From the NCBI GenBank assembly GCA_010356995.1, contig ML996705.1, forward strand, positions 62,001 to 126,000: 64,000 nt of DNA, written 5' to 3'. The DNA is from Trichodelitschia bisporula (lineage: Eukaryota). A program made the position numbers and the translations under genes. Shown piece by piece: positions 49,901-61,970 of the stretch (position 1 is the first letter of the stretch; every line of letters starts with the position of its first letter). The notes under the pieces are model-generated. The model was given only the letters and a program-made list of their open reading frames with translations, made no database searches and was not told where the DNA came from.

Positions 49901-52900
49901 GCCGGGCGTGGCGAGCGCAGGGTGGGAGGTGGGGAGCATGGAGCAGGCGGGTTTATTTTTGATGCTGGATTCCGAATCTTGTGTTGTAGAGGAAGCGGGG
50001 TGGGAGGGGGTTAGTGCGCGCTGATGCAAGTGCTGAAGGGTTCACTGGAACTACGGTAGGCTGGGTGAGCAGTGAGGGCTAGGCATGGTGTGCGTGCTGC
50101 AGTTGGGTGGGCTTCTGCTTGCGTTGCTGCTGTTGGGCTCTGCTGGAGGTTGTGGGGCAGCGCTGCTGGCTTACATACTTGCGTGCTGGTGGCGGCGTGG
50201 GTGCTGCCGAATAGGCGTGCGGGCTTTGCGGGCACCACGCGGCCTCGCCGTGGGTGCGTGGGATGTGCGTCGAGGCCAAGCAGTGTTGTAGAGGTCACGA
50301 CCTGCCTTCTCACTCACATTGCCCGGGAGGCGGCGACTGCTTCTGCAGCGCTCCCTTGAGGGGCAGCGTCCGATCGGCAGACTTGAACTGAGCGGCTGAG
50401 GGCTAGCTGATACCACAGTAACGGGCTAGCGGTGCAGGGTGTTTCGCTTGTTTCGAGGGTCATCTGAGGGCAGGAGATTGGGGTGACGATAGCTTTGTAC
50501 TTGACATGTACCTCCCGTAGCGATACTGGGACGATAGGCGAGGAGGCGACGGCGACGTGGCGGGGCTACGGGCGGTGTTGGTGGAAAGTTGGGCCGTGAG
50601 GGCTTTCTGGCGTCTGATAGGGCTGCTGCGTATGCAGTGTGTTTCGTCCTATGAGGAGGATGCTTGGAAGGGCGGTGATGGCGATTTGCTAGATTTCTGG
50701 AGGCCGCCGACGACGAAGGTCATGCCGGTTGATCGTGGGATTAACGAGAGTGGCAAAGCGGCATGGCTGTTTAAGCTCAAACCCGTCCGCGTAGTGAGGA
50801 TTACAGCACCGTCCAAGAATTGGTTAAGGAGATTTCTAGTGTGCCATGGCCAGTTGTCGTCCACCGCCTGACATCTCGTCGCGAGGCGCTCGAGTGGGCA
50901 CTGTGCGCTTACTGGTCATTGCGTTCAACAACCCCTAACCCACAACTCCCCTTTCGCCTTTGACAGACTTCAGCCTCAACTCTCCCCTATGTCAAACTTG
51001 TGGCATACTGAGATTTGGCACTTCGTAATCCGAGCTTCGCAGGACCTCAACTCTGGCATCGCGCGGCCAAAGTTCGCCGCAGAGACGAAACGGTTGATTC
51101 CTAGTTTGCGGAGTCCTTGCGGCTCTCCCTTCTGGACTCAAGTGCTCCGGACACAATACTGCAGTAGAGCGTTAGCATAGCACTTCATGACTAGGAGAGC
51201 CTGCAGAATGGCATAGCAGTTCATCCGATGCCATGCCGTCGTACTTAACTCAGAATGAGCCAAGAGCCCGATCATGTTAAGCGGTGCCGGAGAGCTACTG
51301 TACACTCCTCTGAAGATCTCCTACCATATAATGTGCGGTCCGCGAAGTCATCGAAGGCCTATAACGGCATGCTACAATTATCTCGAGCTTAGCGGCCGAC
51401 TGCCCTTAGCATACAGTGCCTATTAGCATGCGTGGAGACATCACGAACTGGGTGGAGCCCATCGGGCCGAGCTGGGAACAAGGTCGGAAAAGGTAAAGAA
51501 AGCGCACGTCGTAGAGCACGCAACTCCTTCACTCTTAGCAAAGATGCGGCGTGCTCGGTAGTCCTTGTGGTTCGTACATGTCATCGTCCCACCAGACGCT
51601 TCGCTAGATGCGACGATTCCCTTGAGCCTAGCTGTTGATGTAAACACAGGGAAGGAGCCCTCCAGGACACAGACAACAATGTATCAAGATGACCAAGCCC
51701 GCCACTCTCCCACTCTCCCACTCTCCCACGCTCCCACTCCCACTGTCCTCTCTACTCTCTCTTCTGTTCTTCATCTTTGAACAATTCTTTCACTCTGCAC
51801 TCGCTTCCTTTGTACGTGTCTTGAGCCATGCTCCCATTAGGAGTGAGATGCCCAGGGTCGGATAGGCCGATGAGAGGGTCAATCAAAGCTCGAGAGAAGA
51901 CCACGAAGGCACAAGCTCGGCTAGAAGCGGAGCTCGAGCTGACATACCACGACAGCATTAAGACGAAGGAGCCATGTATGGCGTCGAGTTCCACCAGTAG
52001 AGGGATCTTCCTAATCGTGCTACCTGCTCGTTGCAGGGACATATGATCCTTCGACGATGCGAGATCCACATTCAGCTCGTGTAAGGACTCCATATTCCGG
52101 ACAATGTGGTGAAACATTAGTGGAGCGGTCTACATTCGTATGTCACGCTTTGATCCACAAGCGAAAGGTCTCGGCCCGACGTAGAGCACGCAACGTACAT
52201 TGCTTCCTGCGGCTCAATATCCTGCACCGTCTCAGCCCATATTTCGCCAAATAGGCCCGTTAGGAGCGCGACAGGAGGAATAATAAACCTCAAATTAGCA
52301 TGAGCCATATGCTCATACAGCGTAACGCGGTCGTGCAGGTAACGTCCCGCAAATAGACAGCACGCAAATCTCGAAGTGGGGGTCACGACTCACGACTCAC
52401 GAAACTCAAAACTTCCCGAGGTTGAACGCAACCAAACTCCCATCTCACAGCACCAAGCCGAAGGAACGCAAACGACTCACCGAGTCAAGTCCTAGCCGCG
52501 GCGGCGTCCCGCCCCGAGATGCGGAGTTCGAGCTCCCTTCCGCGGGGACAGCGAACGAGTCAGCCCGTACGATCCAACTCCAACGCCCTTCCCTTCTAAC
52601 CCCACCTATGCACTCTAAACCCAACTCACTTGAATCTTCGCATCACCACCCACGGCCCCCAGGCCCGCCAAAACCCACGACGACCGGCATCGACTCGGAC
52701 CGCCCGAGATAAAGCCACTTCCCCTCCGCCCACGTGCGTTTCGTGGCAAGTCAACGCATCACCTTGCACCCCCATTCATCATCCTCCGTTCCTCGACCCC
52801 GTTCATGCGTCGGCACAGTAAAGTATCTTAAGTCACTCTTCACGCCTTGCCGATCCTGGCCCCCTCAGGCCCGCTGCCGTGATTGCTCCGCGAGAACCGC

Positions 52901-55900
52901 TCCTCGGCTGCGTTCCGGGCGAAGGGTACAGGCCGCCGGGAGCTGCAGGTAGGGCTGGCGGATGCCTGTGGTAGGGAGCACCGCAGCTAACGGCCACCCC
53001 CCGGGCATGTGAGTGCTGCTGGCCAACCCGCATCGGGCAGCTGGGCTTGCTTCGCGGGGAAAAAGTGTGCGCGTCGGCTGTGACTCCAGTTGTGACGAGG
53101 GCCGCTGCAACATCGCGAGTCCAGCTGGCCGCGGACTCGCGAACGCACTTTGCATTAATGCGGTGAAGCACCGGCCTGGCTGATCTCGTCGTGAGCCTAC
53201 TTTGCTGATAGATGTCTCTCGTACATCGCCACGCGCACCACGACAAGAATACACTTTCCCTCGAGGCAAGCCAGGCCAGCTTGCACTGCGCACTCCGGCC
53301 CAATCACTGGCCTCCATTCATCGTCCCTACCTCCCTCCCGCCGGACAACATAACCCCAGATCGGCATCGGAAAAAGAAAGTGGGCCAGTCAAGTGCGGGC
53401 CAGGGGCGTGGGGCTCGGAGCGTCGGCTTGCGTCAGGCCCCGCCCGCAACGCTGGGGCTCGATGAGAGTGGGGAGTGGGACTGGGTACTACGTAGGATGA
53501 CCCCGGCGAGACCTCCATGTGTGCGGCGAGCTGGTGATGATGCGGGCATTTGGTGGCATCTAGGGTACGGTGTATCGCGAGGGCGGGAGCTGGGTGGATG
53601 CCAGGCTGGCATGGCCGAGGGGTCATTTCCCGCGAGCCTCCCATGGCACGACCAGCACTCCTCCCCACGCTGGGGTCGTTCACTGACGGAGCAGGAGCAG
53701 GCGTGGTGACAATCCACGCATTCGAGCGAGTCTTGCTTCTTGGGGCCATTGCTAAGCGCCAGCTTCAGCAAGTGGAGAAAGCCAACTAACGCGGGCGTCC
53801 AGCCGCCAGCCGCGCCAGCACGGTAGAAGCCCAACAAGCAGCGACAGCGGGGGATGCGTGTGCAACGCCGGCTCTCGTGAACGCTCGTCTCGCGGCGCTC
53901 AGTCAGCAGGCAGCGCTGCTGCGCGCGACGGTGCGCCATGATTGGCTCGCCGGGGCCGATGCTGCGCGCTGCGGGATCCCACGAATCGGCAGTGTGCTCA
54001 TTTGGACGGGGGCGAGCCGGCGGCGAGAGGCCGGTTTTCACCCGCCCTTGCCTGCTGTACCGGTACCTCTTGTCCTACACTTGTTGTGCAGCTTGGCGCG
54101 CTGCTACGGCTGCGCAGTTACTGCGCTCCTGCTTACACCTTGATCCACTCCACTTCCCAGTGGACGCGTGTCACGTCCAACCGCCGGCCGCACCGAGGTT
54201 TTGGATCGGTTTGATCAGTTCAAGCGGCCCTGGGCCCCGGTGCATGGAGCGGGCTAGGACGGGCAACGGAAGCCGCTTACAGTAACCTTGGTGCGTCCCG
54301 TAAGTGGAGCGTGTTCGAGAGAAAGAGAAGCAGCGCCAGCCGTTGCATTTCGACGCAATCATGCAGCTCGCCTTCACCCCATCCCCGTCCCCCTGCCTGA
54401 TGAACGCGGCAAGAAAAAGCAATCACCAGCGAACAAACACCTGCAGGCAAGCTCGGGCCAGCCAGGCAGTCCCGTTTCAGGCGCCAGACAACCTCCGCAA
54501 TTCGATGAGCGGCGAGGGCGCCGCGCGTGAGCCGCGGAACGACGCCGATGTGAACAGCCACATTTTGCAACAACGTGCCGCGAACCCCGCCACATCTTCT
54601 TCTAGCTCGCACAGCCGAAACGGAGGGCTAAGGGCTACCCGAAAAATTGATGACCGCTCCCCTTAGGAAGTTGTGGCCGCCTCTCGCTAAGGCCTTTACC
54701 GAGTAAGAGAGCAGAGACCATCGAAGGCCGTGGCTATAACTTTCTCGGGTAGGCCTTGGGCTTGTTCGGCCGAGCAGCTGGCTGTTGCAAGCGCGGGGCA
54801 CAAAAAGGGCGTGCCTTTCGCCGGTCGGCAAAGCGTCTGCTGACGCTGGCGCCGACGGTGTGTTTGAAGCGTGTGAAGCGAGCAACAACCGGCGGATGCC
54901 TATTTGGGATAATAAGCTATCTATTGTCGGCGGTGCGGCGGGCGTGACGACTGCACTCCAACCCGCCCGCTTTTTCTTCGTGTCAGATTTCACCGCGCTC
55001 GGCGCTCGCGTACCCAGCCACGGTGGTGCGGGCGGACGGTGCGACGCTGCACGGCGGCACGCAAGCACTATGAGTGATAGTCGGAGGCACAGCGACGGGG
55101 TTCGTTTACCTCCTTGTTGGGTTTGGGCGAAAGAGGATGAGGAGTTAGTTTTGCCGCTTGGATGGAGGCGGCATAAACGAGGGAAGGGGTCGGAGATTGT
55201 AGTGACTTTCCAAACATGCCTTGTTCGGGTTTGTGGGATGGGATGGACAGATGTGGAGGAGACTCGCAGGATTCGGCAGTCTATTCGACGGGCCCGGACC
55301 CGGGCTTCTTTTGACGAGACGAGCGATGACCTTCCGCAGCCAGCAACGGGCGCAAAAAAAAAGCCAAGGGTGGAAAGGATGGAGGGGTGATTTCTGGAAG
55401 CCTGGCCGTGTATCTGCGGAAGAGAGAGGCGGGCCCTCGCTTGCGTGGGTTTTGCTAGGCAATCTTTTTTTTTTTGCGCAAGAAGGAATTTCAGCGCCGC
55501 CCCGAGCAGGCTGTGGCACTCCACTTTACTGGGGCCGAGCGGGGTGTGAGTGAGAGTGAGAGAGCGACAGTGGACGCATGCCCCCTTGAGCGGTAGGGGG
55601 GGGTCTTCTAACTTCAGGCGGGTCTTGACCGTCTCGCAGGGAGGGTGGAGGGAGGAGCAGCGACTAAAGAGCTGGAAGATCAGGCGGGCCCTCGCACCGT
55701 TCCACTCACTCTCCGGCGGCTTTCATGGCTTTCAAGGTCGACTCGTCTCCGAAACCCTACCGGTAGCCTATCCCGCTTATGAGCCGGTCGGCCAGTGTTC
55801 GGCCAGCGAATCTCCCATCGAATCGATGAGACCAGTTCTGTCCGCCTCGAGACCTTGACGATTCCGACCACTACTCCCCACCCAGCAGCCAGCTAAAAGA

Positions 55901-58216
55901 CTAAAAGTTGGGGCATCCGCCGTCCGTGCCTTGGCCGACACGAGATCGTCGCGGGCCCATCTGCATCTGAGGCTGGCGTATCGGTGGCCCGGGCCCATCT
56001 CCATTTGTTCCATTCCTCTCGTAACTGGGATCAGGGGTGGAGCTGTGGAATGTGTGGAAGACGACGAGGAGGCCCACGGACGCTCGTACGATTGGCTTGG
56101 TCCTGCGGCTAACACGTCTCATCAGCGGCGACTGTCTTCTCTCTCTCTGTCACTTGCGTGGGAAATGGGACTAGCATGCATCCCCTTGGTTCGTGACTTT
56201 TTCTTCGCAATGAGAGAAAGTCTGACCTGCGGTAGACGGGCCGGGGGGCTGGCGAGCTCGTTACTGCATTTGGCTGGTTCCTCCTCACTTCACCCCACAC
56301 ATGCTAAAAACTCTCCCAAGGAACCCAAGGACCTGAGTCTGACTTCCGCATGCCATGGCCCGTCCAGCTCATGAATCATTCCCGGCCGAGTGCAGGCCCC
56401 GTCATACCTTGCATCGTCGTCTCGTCTCAGCGACCCTCATCCTAGAGTTGCCGGTACGGTGAAGGTGAACGGCACGGGTGGTGTGCTGCGTGTCCTTGTA
56501 AGAGCGTGAGTGTGAGGATGCCGTGGAATGAGTCTGTAGATCGCGAACAGCCCGTGATGGAGCGAGAAGCGCCGACAACTCTCCGGCGGGGGCACCGGAA
56601 CATTGAGCAGCCAAATGAAGCGACGAGGCCAGGTTATCCCCTAGCCAGCACTGTATCTCGTCAGTCCAGCCTCCTCATCATCACGCCTTTCTCTCACACA
56701 AATCCCATCACCCTTCCATCCGCTCATCGCCTCCACGCTCCCTGCCAGTACCGGCCTCCTAGCTTATTCCGCCCCTCCATCTCTCCGCATGTTTCTTCTC
56801 CAACTCCGGGGCCTTGTCACGGCACCCGCTAACGTGCTAGACCCCCGGATGGGGGAGTGTGCGCCCCATGTCGGCCATGCACGCACCCTTTCGCTCCGTA
56901 CAATAATCTTGTGTGTCTCGTACCGCAGTCAACGACGACGCTTGCGGCACGGCTGTGTCTTGCGCCATGGTACATACCCGCGCAGAGGGTAGCTCGGCCG
57001 CCGGCCAGCCTATCAGGCCACGGGATGGGAGCGTGGGGATCAGGCCTCCTCATCTTTTGCTCACGGGTTAACTAAATACGGCGTGCGAGTTGCCGTGCTG
57101 GACTTGTTCCCGCTACTGTACCTACACTGTACCCGGTGGACCTTGAACACGAACACTCGTACACGCCCCAGCTATGCCTCTTCTACAGGTAACGGGATGC
57201 ACTTACCCATATACACCAACCATCACCCCCTTCCCTTCCTCGCTAGTCCCTCCTCCCTTGATAATTGGCCTCAGCGTTTCGGCGCGCAATCTTTCCTCAA
57301 AACTACGCATCGAACAGGTCGGCCAGCCATCAGTCATTCAATCGTCGACCGCCTCAACCCCACCCTTCCCCCTGCCCCACCCTATGCTCCTTACTCACCC
57401 TCCACCAAAAAAAAAAAAACCTTAAGCCCGATGCTCAACTCGCAGCTTTAGGAAAAAGGGCCAGCCGCATAGCGGGATCGCGCGCGTGTGCCACATACCC
57501 TCTAACCCAATCCAACGCTCGCATTTTCCTTTTCTCACAGCCAACGCCCGTGTTTGTTCTCCCCCACTAAGGAAGGGATACTGAGGAAGGGAATCCATGG
57601 ATGGAGATCCGCAGGGTAGCGGCCCCGTCGGGTGGAGGCTAGAAGCTAGCCCTTTGGCTGAAGCACGTTGCGCGCATCTCATCAGCGTTTCCTCGCTAGA
57701 AGCCAGCCAGGCTGGCCCTAGCTTGTCTGCCTTCTTTTCCTTACGACTGGCGCTGCTTCCTGCTGCTGATGCGGGCGTGGGGCAGGGCCCTGCAGGGAGC
57801 CTGGTGGACAGTAGTGCGTGTGCATGTGCGCTTGCCGCCCAGCCTGGCGTCGCCGGGTCGCACAAGTCGCAGGAAGTAGGAGCAGGCGTCGTTAACCTGC
57901 GAAGGGGAGACGAGGGGAGCTTGCCCTGGCTATTGCGCATCTCCGTGAAGCAAGTGCATATTATAGGCGTCCCTGGTCGCCGCGAGCCTGGCTGGCCCGG
58001 CTGCGCGACTAAATGGATAACTGCTAAAGCTGCGCCTAATAAGCAGGCGACGCTGGGGGGCGGCGTTGATGTGCCTGGCGACATTCCGTTACGGGTGTCC
58101 GAGTTGCATAGCACCCCCCCCTTGGTATTTATCGTTTATATACACCCACCTCCGCCCCCCGACGCTCTCGACTCTCGATTCTCATGGACACATCTCACCA
58201 CATCAACACCGCAGCA

Positions 58217-59197
58217 ATGACTTCCCTCTACCCCCAACAATACACGCAACCCTACGCCTACCACCAATCCTACCGCCCAACGTCCCTCCCCATGGCGACC
58301 ACCACAACCACTCCCTCCTCCACAACATCAACAACCCGCCCCCAGCGCCCCTCCTCCACCCGCTCCTCCTCCTCCCGCCGCCCCCTCTCCTCAACATCAA
58401 TACACTCCACATCTCACCGCGTCGACAAGCCTAAGCCGAACCCCTCCCCCCGCCTCGCCGCCGACCGCCGCCGTACCCTCTCCGCCCGCGAATACCCCTC
58501 CCTCACCGACCACTGGCGCGCCATGTACTGCCGCGACGGGGCCGAAGAAGAGCGCGATACCCGGCCGCAGAGCTGGCACCCCCCAACCAGCGCGCGCTGG
58601 TCCGCCGGCGAGGGGGCGTACGCGTCTGCCTCCATGCCGGAGCCGGAGCCGGAGATCGTCCCCGCTGCCCCCGCCTCCACGCACGCTCCCGCCGTCGCAT
58701 CCGCCCCCGCCCGCGCCGACCGCGCTTGGTCGGACTACATGCACGGCGTGGTGCCGGAGCCGGCTATGGGGGGTACATCCTGGTTTCTGGACGAGAGCGG
58801 CGAGGCGCCTACGCTGGAGCGCAAGGAGAGTAAGGAGCTTATTGGCATGGGGCTGTATGACTCCCCTCAATCGCCGGTCGCCAGTACGTTGGGGCTCAAG
58901 CTAGCGGAGGGCTGGTGCCCCCCTGTACAGGACGAGGACGATGAGGAGGAGGAGGGTATGGTGGATGGGGGGGAGAGTAGTGAGAGCGAGGAGGAGGTGG
59001 AGGAAGTTTGTGGGGATGAGGGCATGGTGGGGGTGGATGTTGGGGTGGGGGTGAATTTGGCGGGCACGAGCTTTTTGTTTGATGAGGAGGAGGAGGGGTG
59101 GTGGGGGACTGGGGGGCTTGTGGAACGCCCGAAGATGGGGTGGCTTGTGCCGGGGCAGGAGATGGGGAGGGTGGAGAGGACGTGGGGGTGTTATTGA
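58217..59197 (+). CDS. Conserved-looking fungal hypothetical protein (disordered, acidic C-terminus)
   Basis: Long single ORF with an alternative ATG at 58184. Motifs RVDKP, RPQSWHP, ELIGMGLYD and GLKLAEGW resemble an uncharacterised Pezizomycotina family as I recall it. Confidence 0.75.
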   Translation: MTSLYPQQYTQPYAYHQSYRPTSLPMATTTTTPSSTTSTTRPQRPSSTRSSSSRRPLSSTSIHSTSHRVDKPKPNPSPRLAADRRRTLSAREYPSLTDHWRAMYCRDGAEEERDTRPQSWHPPTSARWSAGEGAYASASMPEPEPEIVPAAPASTHAPAVASAPARADRAWSDYMHGVVPEPAMGGTSWFLDESGEAPTLERKESKELIGMGLYDSPQSPVASTLGLKLAEGWCPPVQDEDDEEEEGMVDGGESSESEEEVEEVCGDEGMVGVDVGVGVNLAGTSFLFDEEEEGWWGTGGLVERPKMGWLVPGQEMGRVERTWGCY

Positions 59198-60349
59198 GGG
59201 GAGAGTGAGGAGGGGGGGAGCGTGTGGAGGAGTCATTATTGGGCATTGCATAGCATGGCGCTTGGGTTGGGCTTGGGTATACCATCTGGGCAAGGGATGG
59301 GGAAGGGGCATAGGTTAGAGCCCTGAGGGGCGGACTGGACATGCGAATTGAGGTCCTCGCTGCGGCGTCAAGCTGCTGGCGAGGCGGTGCTGAACATTTA
59401 CCGAGAAGCGTGCACTTTGCTGCTGGTGATGGTGATTTGGTGTTGTATGCTCACTTATTGCTTGGGGATGCTGCTCTGCTAAACCTCTGGGGAGCGGAAA
59501 TGTGAACTGGAGTTCCTGGGGTTAGGGTTAGGGTTGGGCCAATGTCCGGTCACAGCCTTGCCAGCGGCTCTCGAGATGCGGTCTTTTGCATCTAGTGATG
59601 GTTCTTTGGTGTTGCGTGTACTGGAGGACGTACATGGGAGCTTCACATGCAATGATATAGGAAGTGAAATGAAGATGGACGTGGAGGTTGATACTGCAAA
59701 TGAATGATCACGTTGATCGCGTTTGATGTTTGTGAGGCACATTTTTCGCCATGTGGTTGAGGCAGGATGATATCATCGTCAAGCAAGCATCTTTGATTGG
59801 TTCGCCAGGCAAGCGTCCCAAAGTGGCAAATACCAGTGTATGTTGCACCACACAATCGCTTTGCTGTAGAGAGCGTCCAGCTCAGCTCTAAATGAAGAGG
59901 ACCTATGTGGCGCCCCAGTAACCACTATCCGCAATTCCACGGCTACCACCGGGGACACAATCGACCGATAAAGGCAGCAAGGGACGGAAAGAGCAGTTAC
60001 ATCGTAACTTCAATCCCCGGCCTCTGCGTCCATCATATACGAGTCCCACCCAGCCGGTCAACCAAGGGAATTTGTCACCGCACGACCCTCAACCCCAGAG
60101 AGCCCCAGCAGTCACACATGGCAACCCCCGTCCCCGCACAATATCAGCGTGCCTTAACGCTCAACACCCGCTCCCCATCGGGCAGCACATGCAACCCCAT
60201 CTTCCCCCCCCCAGCCCAGCAACCAGGCTGCTACCTCCCATCCTCGTCCCTGCCCCCATATGATGCGCCCTAAGCCCTCGCCAACCAGCGTCACATATAT
60301 CCGCCGCTCTCGTCGTGGTATATTACAGCCCCATCTGGCAGGCTGTACT

Positions 60350-60376
60350 CCCCCCCCCCCCCCCCCCCCCCCCCCC
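60350..60376. repeat. Poly-C tract (27 nt; G27 on the NDUFAF6 sense strand)
   Basis: Direct reading. Confidence 0.95.
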
Positions 60377-60440
60377 AGCCGTCATACGGCGCACGAAGTA
60401 CACCCTGCCTCATCCGGCAATCAGAGTACATCGCCCCCCA

Positions 60441-61603
60441 CTATATCTTTCTTCTGCGAAACGCCCACCACGCCTCCCACGGCAACCGCCACCCCGGCCC
60501 CCTCAACCGGCCATCAAAAACATCGAAATCCACAGCCTCTAACCGCTCCAGCCACATCCGCGTCGGCACCGCACCCATCAGCACGCCAAACCCCGCTTCT
60601 ACTTCACGGAGCGCCTTGCCACTCGGCGCATCCGTCGCGGACTGTACCTCGTCGTACCCCGCCCGCTGCGCATCGCCCTCGTGCTCGAACGCATGGCCTG
60701 CGCCCTGGCCCGCCCGGAGCGAGCGCAGCATTTCGCGGGCTGTGATGAGGTGGTCGTTGGCGCGGGTTGCGACTTCGAAGACTGCGTCGCGGAGGCCGGG
60801 GGCTGAGGGGCCGGTGCGCAGGATGGTTTCTTCTTGTACGTTGTGCGCCGCCATGATGTCCAGCGGGAGGAGGACGGCGGGGTGGGGCGCGCTGCCCTGC
60901 GCGGTGCCGCCGGAGGGGGGAGGCGGGAAGGCGAGCAGCGGGAGGCTGCGCAGGACGGCGGCTATGCCGGTTGCTTTGCCGATGTGGGAAGCGAGGTGGT
61001 CGGCTGTGAGGGAGGAGAGGGGAAGGGAGGAGAGGGTTAGGTAGCTGAGTGTTGAGTAAGTGTTTTCGGCGTAGGTTTCGAGGGCGGAGAGGGTGGGGTA
61101 GGGTCTGTTTCCGAGGTACTTTTCGCGCTCGGCGATTATGCGGTGGAGCCAAGCGCGGGAGAGGCGTGAGCGCCCACCGGTTCGTTGTTGTAGGGAGGTG
61201 TTTGCGGCGGCGAGGAGGAGGGGGATGGGGTGCTTGGGCGGGGTGCCGGCGAGGGCGGCGGTGACGGAGTCGCGCCAGAATTGGAAGCGCATGGCGCCGA
61301 TGGTGGGTTGGGTGGTGGTGTCGGCGATGCGGGCGGTTTCGAGGTTGAGGGCGCGGAGGGCGAGGTACGCGTCCCGGGCTTGGGGGGGGATGAAGGTGTG
61401 GAGGATGTAGGAGGGGGAGTCTTGTCGTCTGGATTCGTTAGCTCTGAAGAGGAGAGGTGAGAGGCGTACTGGAGGAGATTTAGGCAGTATTGTCGGGCGT
61501 TGTCTATTTCTGCGGCGGGGGAGGGAGCGGAGCTATATGCCCGGCGTAAACATGAGGCATTACAACGACCGGCGCGGGCGCTGCGAAGGAGGGGTGAGCA
61601 CAT
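60441..61603 (-). CDS. NDUFAF6: Complex I assembly factor NDUFAF6 (squalene/phytoene synthase-like)
   Basis: Arg-rich mitochondrial presequence, ARQYCLNLL, AYLALRALNLE, MRFQFWRD, LETYAENTYSTL, DHLASHIGKATGI, DAVFEVATRANDHLITAR. Intron 61469-61429. Confidence 0.92.
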
Positions 61604-61730
61604 TAGTCACGATGTCAGGATCTCAAAGGACTAGAGAATTGCATTGTGGACGAAGCTCTCGCGCTTGAGATGTTGACGCTGCGCAAAAAGCGATGACGGC
61701 AGCGGCTCTCTCGGCCCAAGATTTTCCGAA

Positions 61731-61780
61731 TGACGCGCAGTCGCGTGAGCGCGCGAAAGCTCTTTGCGCCGGCGCGTCTC
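61731..61780. promoter_or_regulatory. Cluster of MCB/SCB-like CGCG elements in the NDUFAF6-RAD5 divergent promoter
   Basis: tgACGCGcagTCGCGTgagcgCGCGAAAgc...ggCGCGTc within 50 bp, about 200 nt upstream of the RAD5 ATG. Confidence 0.5.
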
Positions 61781-61970
61781 CTTTTCTACCTCAACTAAAG
61801 TCGTCAACAACGTCAGCGAATATCAATCAACTACACGTCAACTAATCCCTTTCCATCCACCCGCGCGCTCTCGAATCCGCCAACCTCTTTCAATCCACCT
61901 GCCGCTCTCGATCTACCCAACTTTTTCCATCTACCCAACGCTTTCAATTCACCTGCTGCTGTCAATCGCG

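Noticed and set aside
49577..50024. Overlapping ORFs around an A-run suggesting a slippage site
   Set aside because: Neither frame is a recognisable protein; no support for recoding.
59518..59538. Interstitial telomere-like GGGTTAGGGTTAGGGTTGGG
   Set aside because: Only two perfect TTAGGG units; too short to infer a chromosome fusion or healing event.
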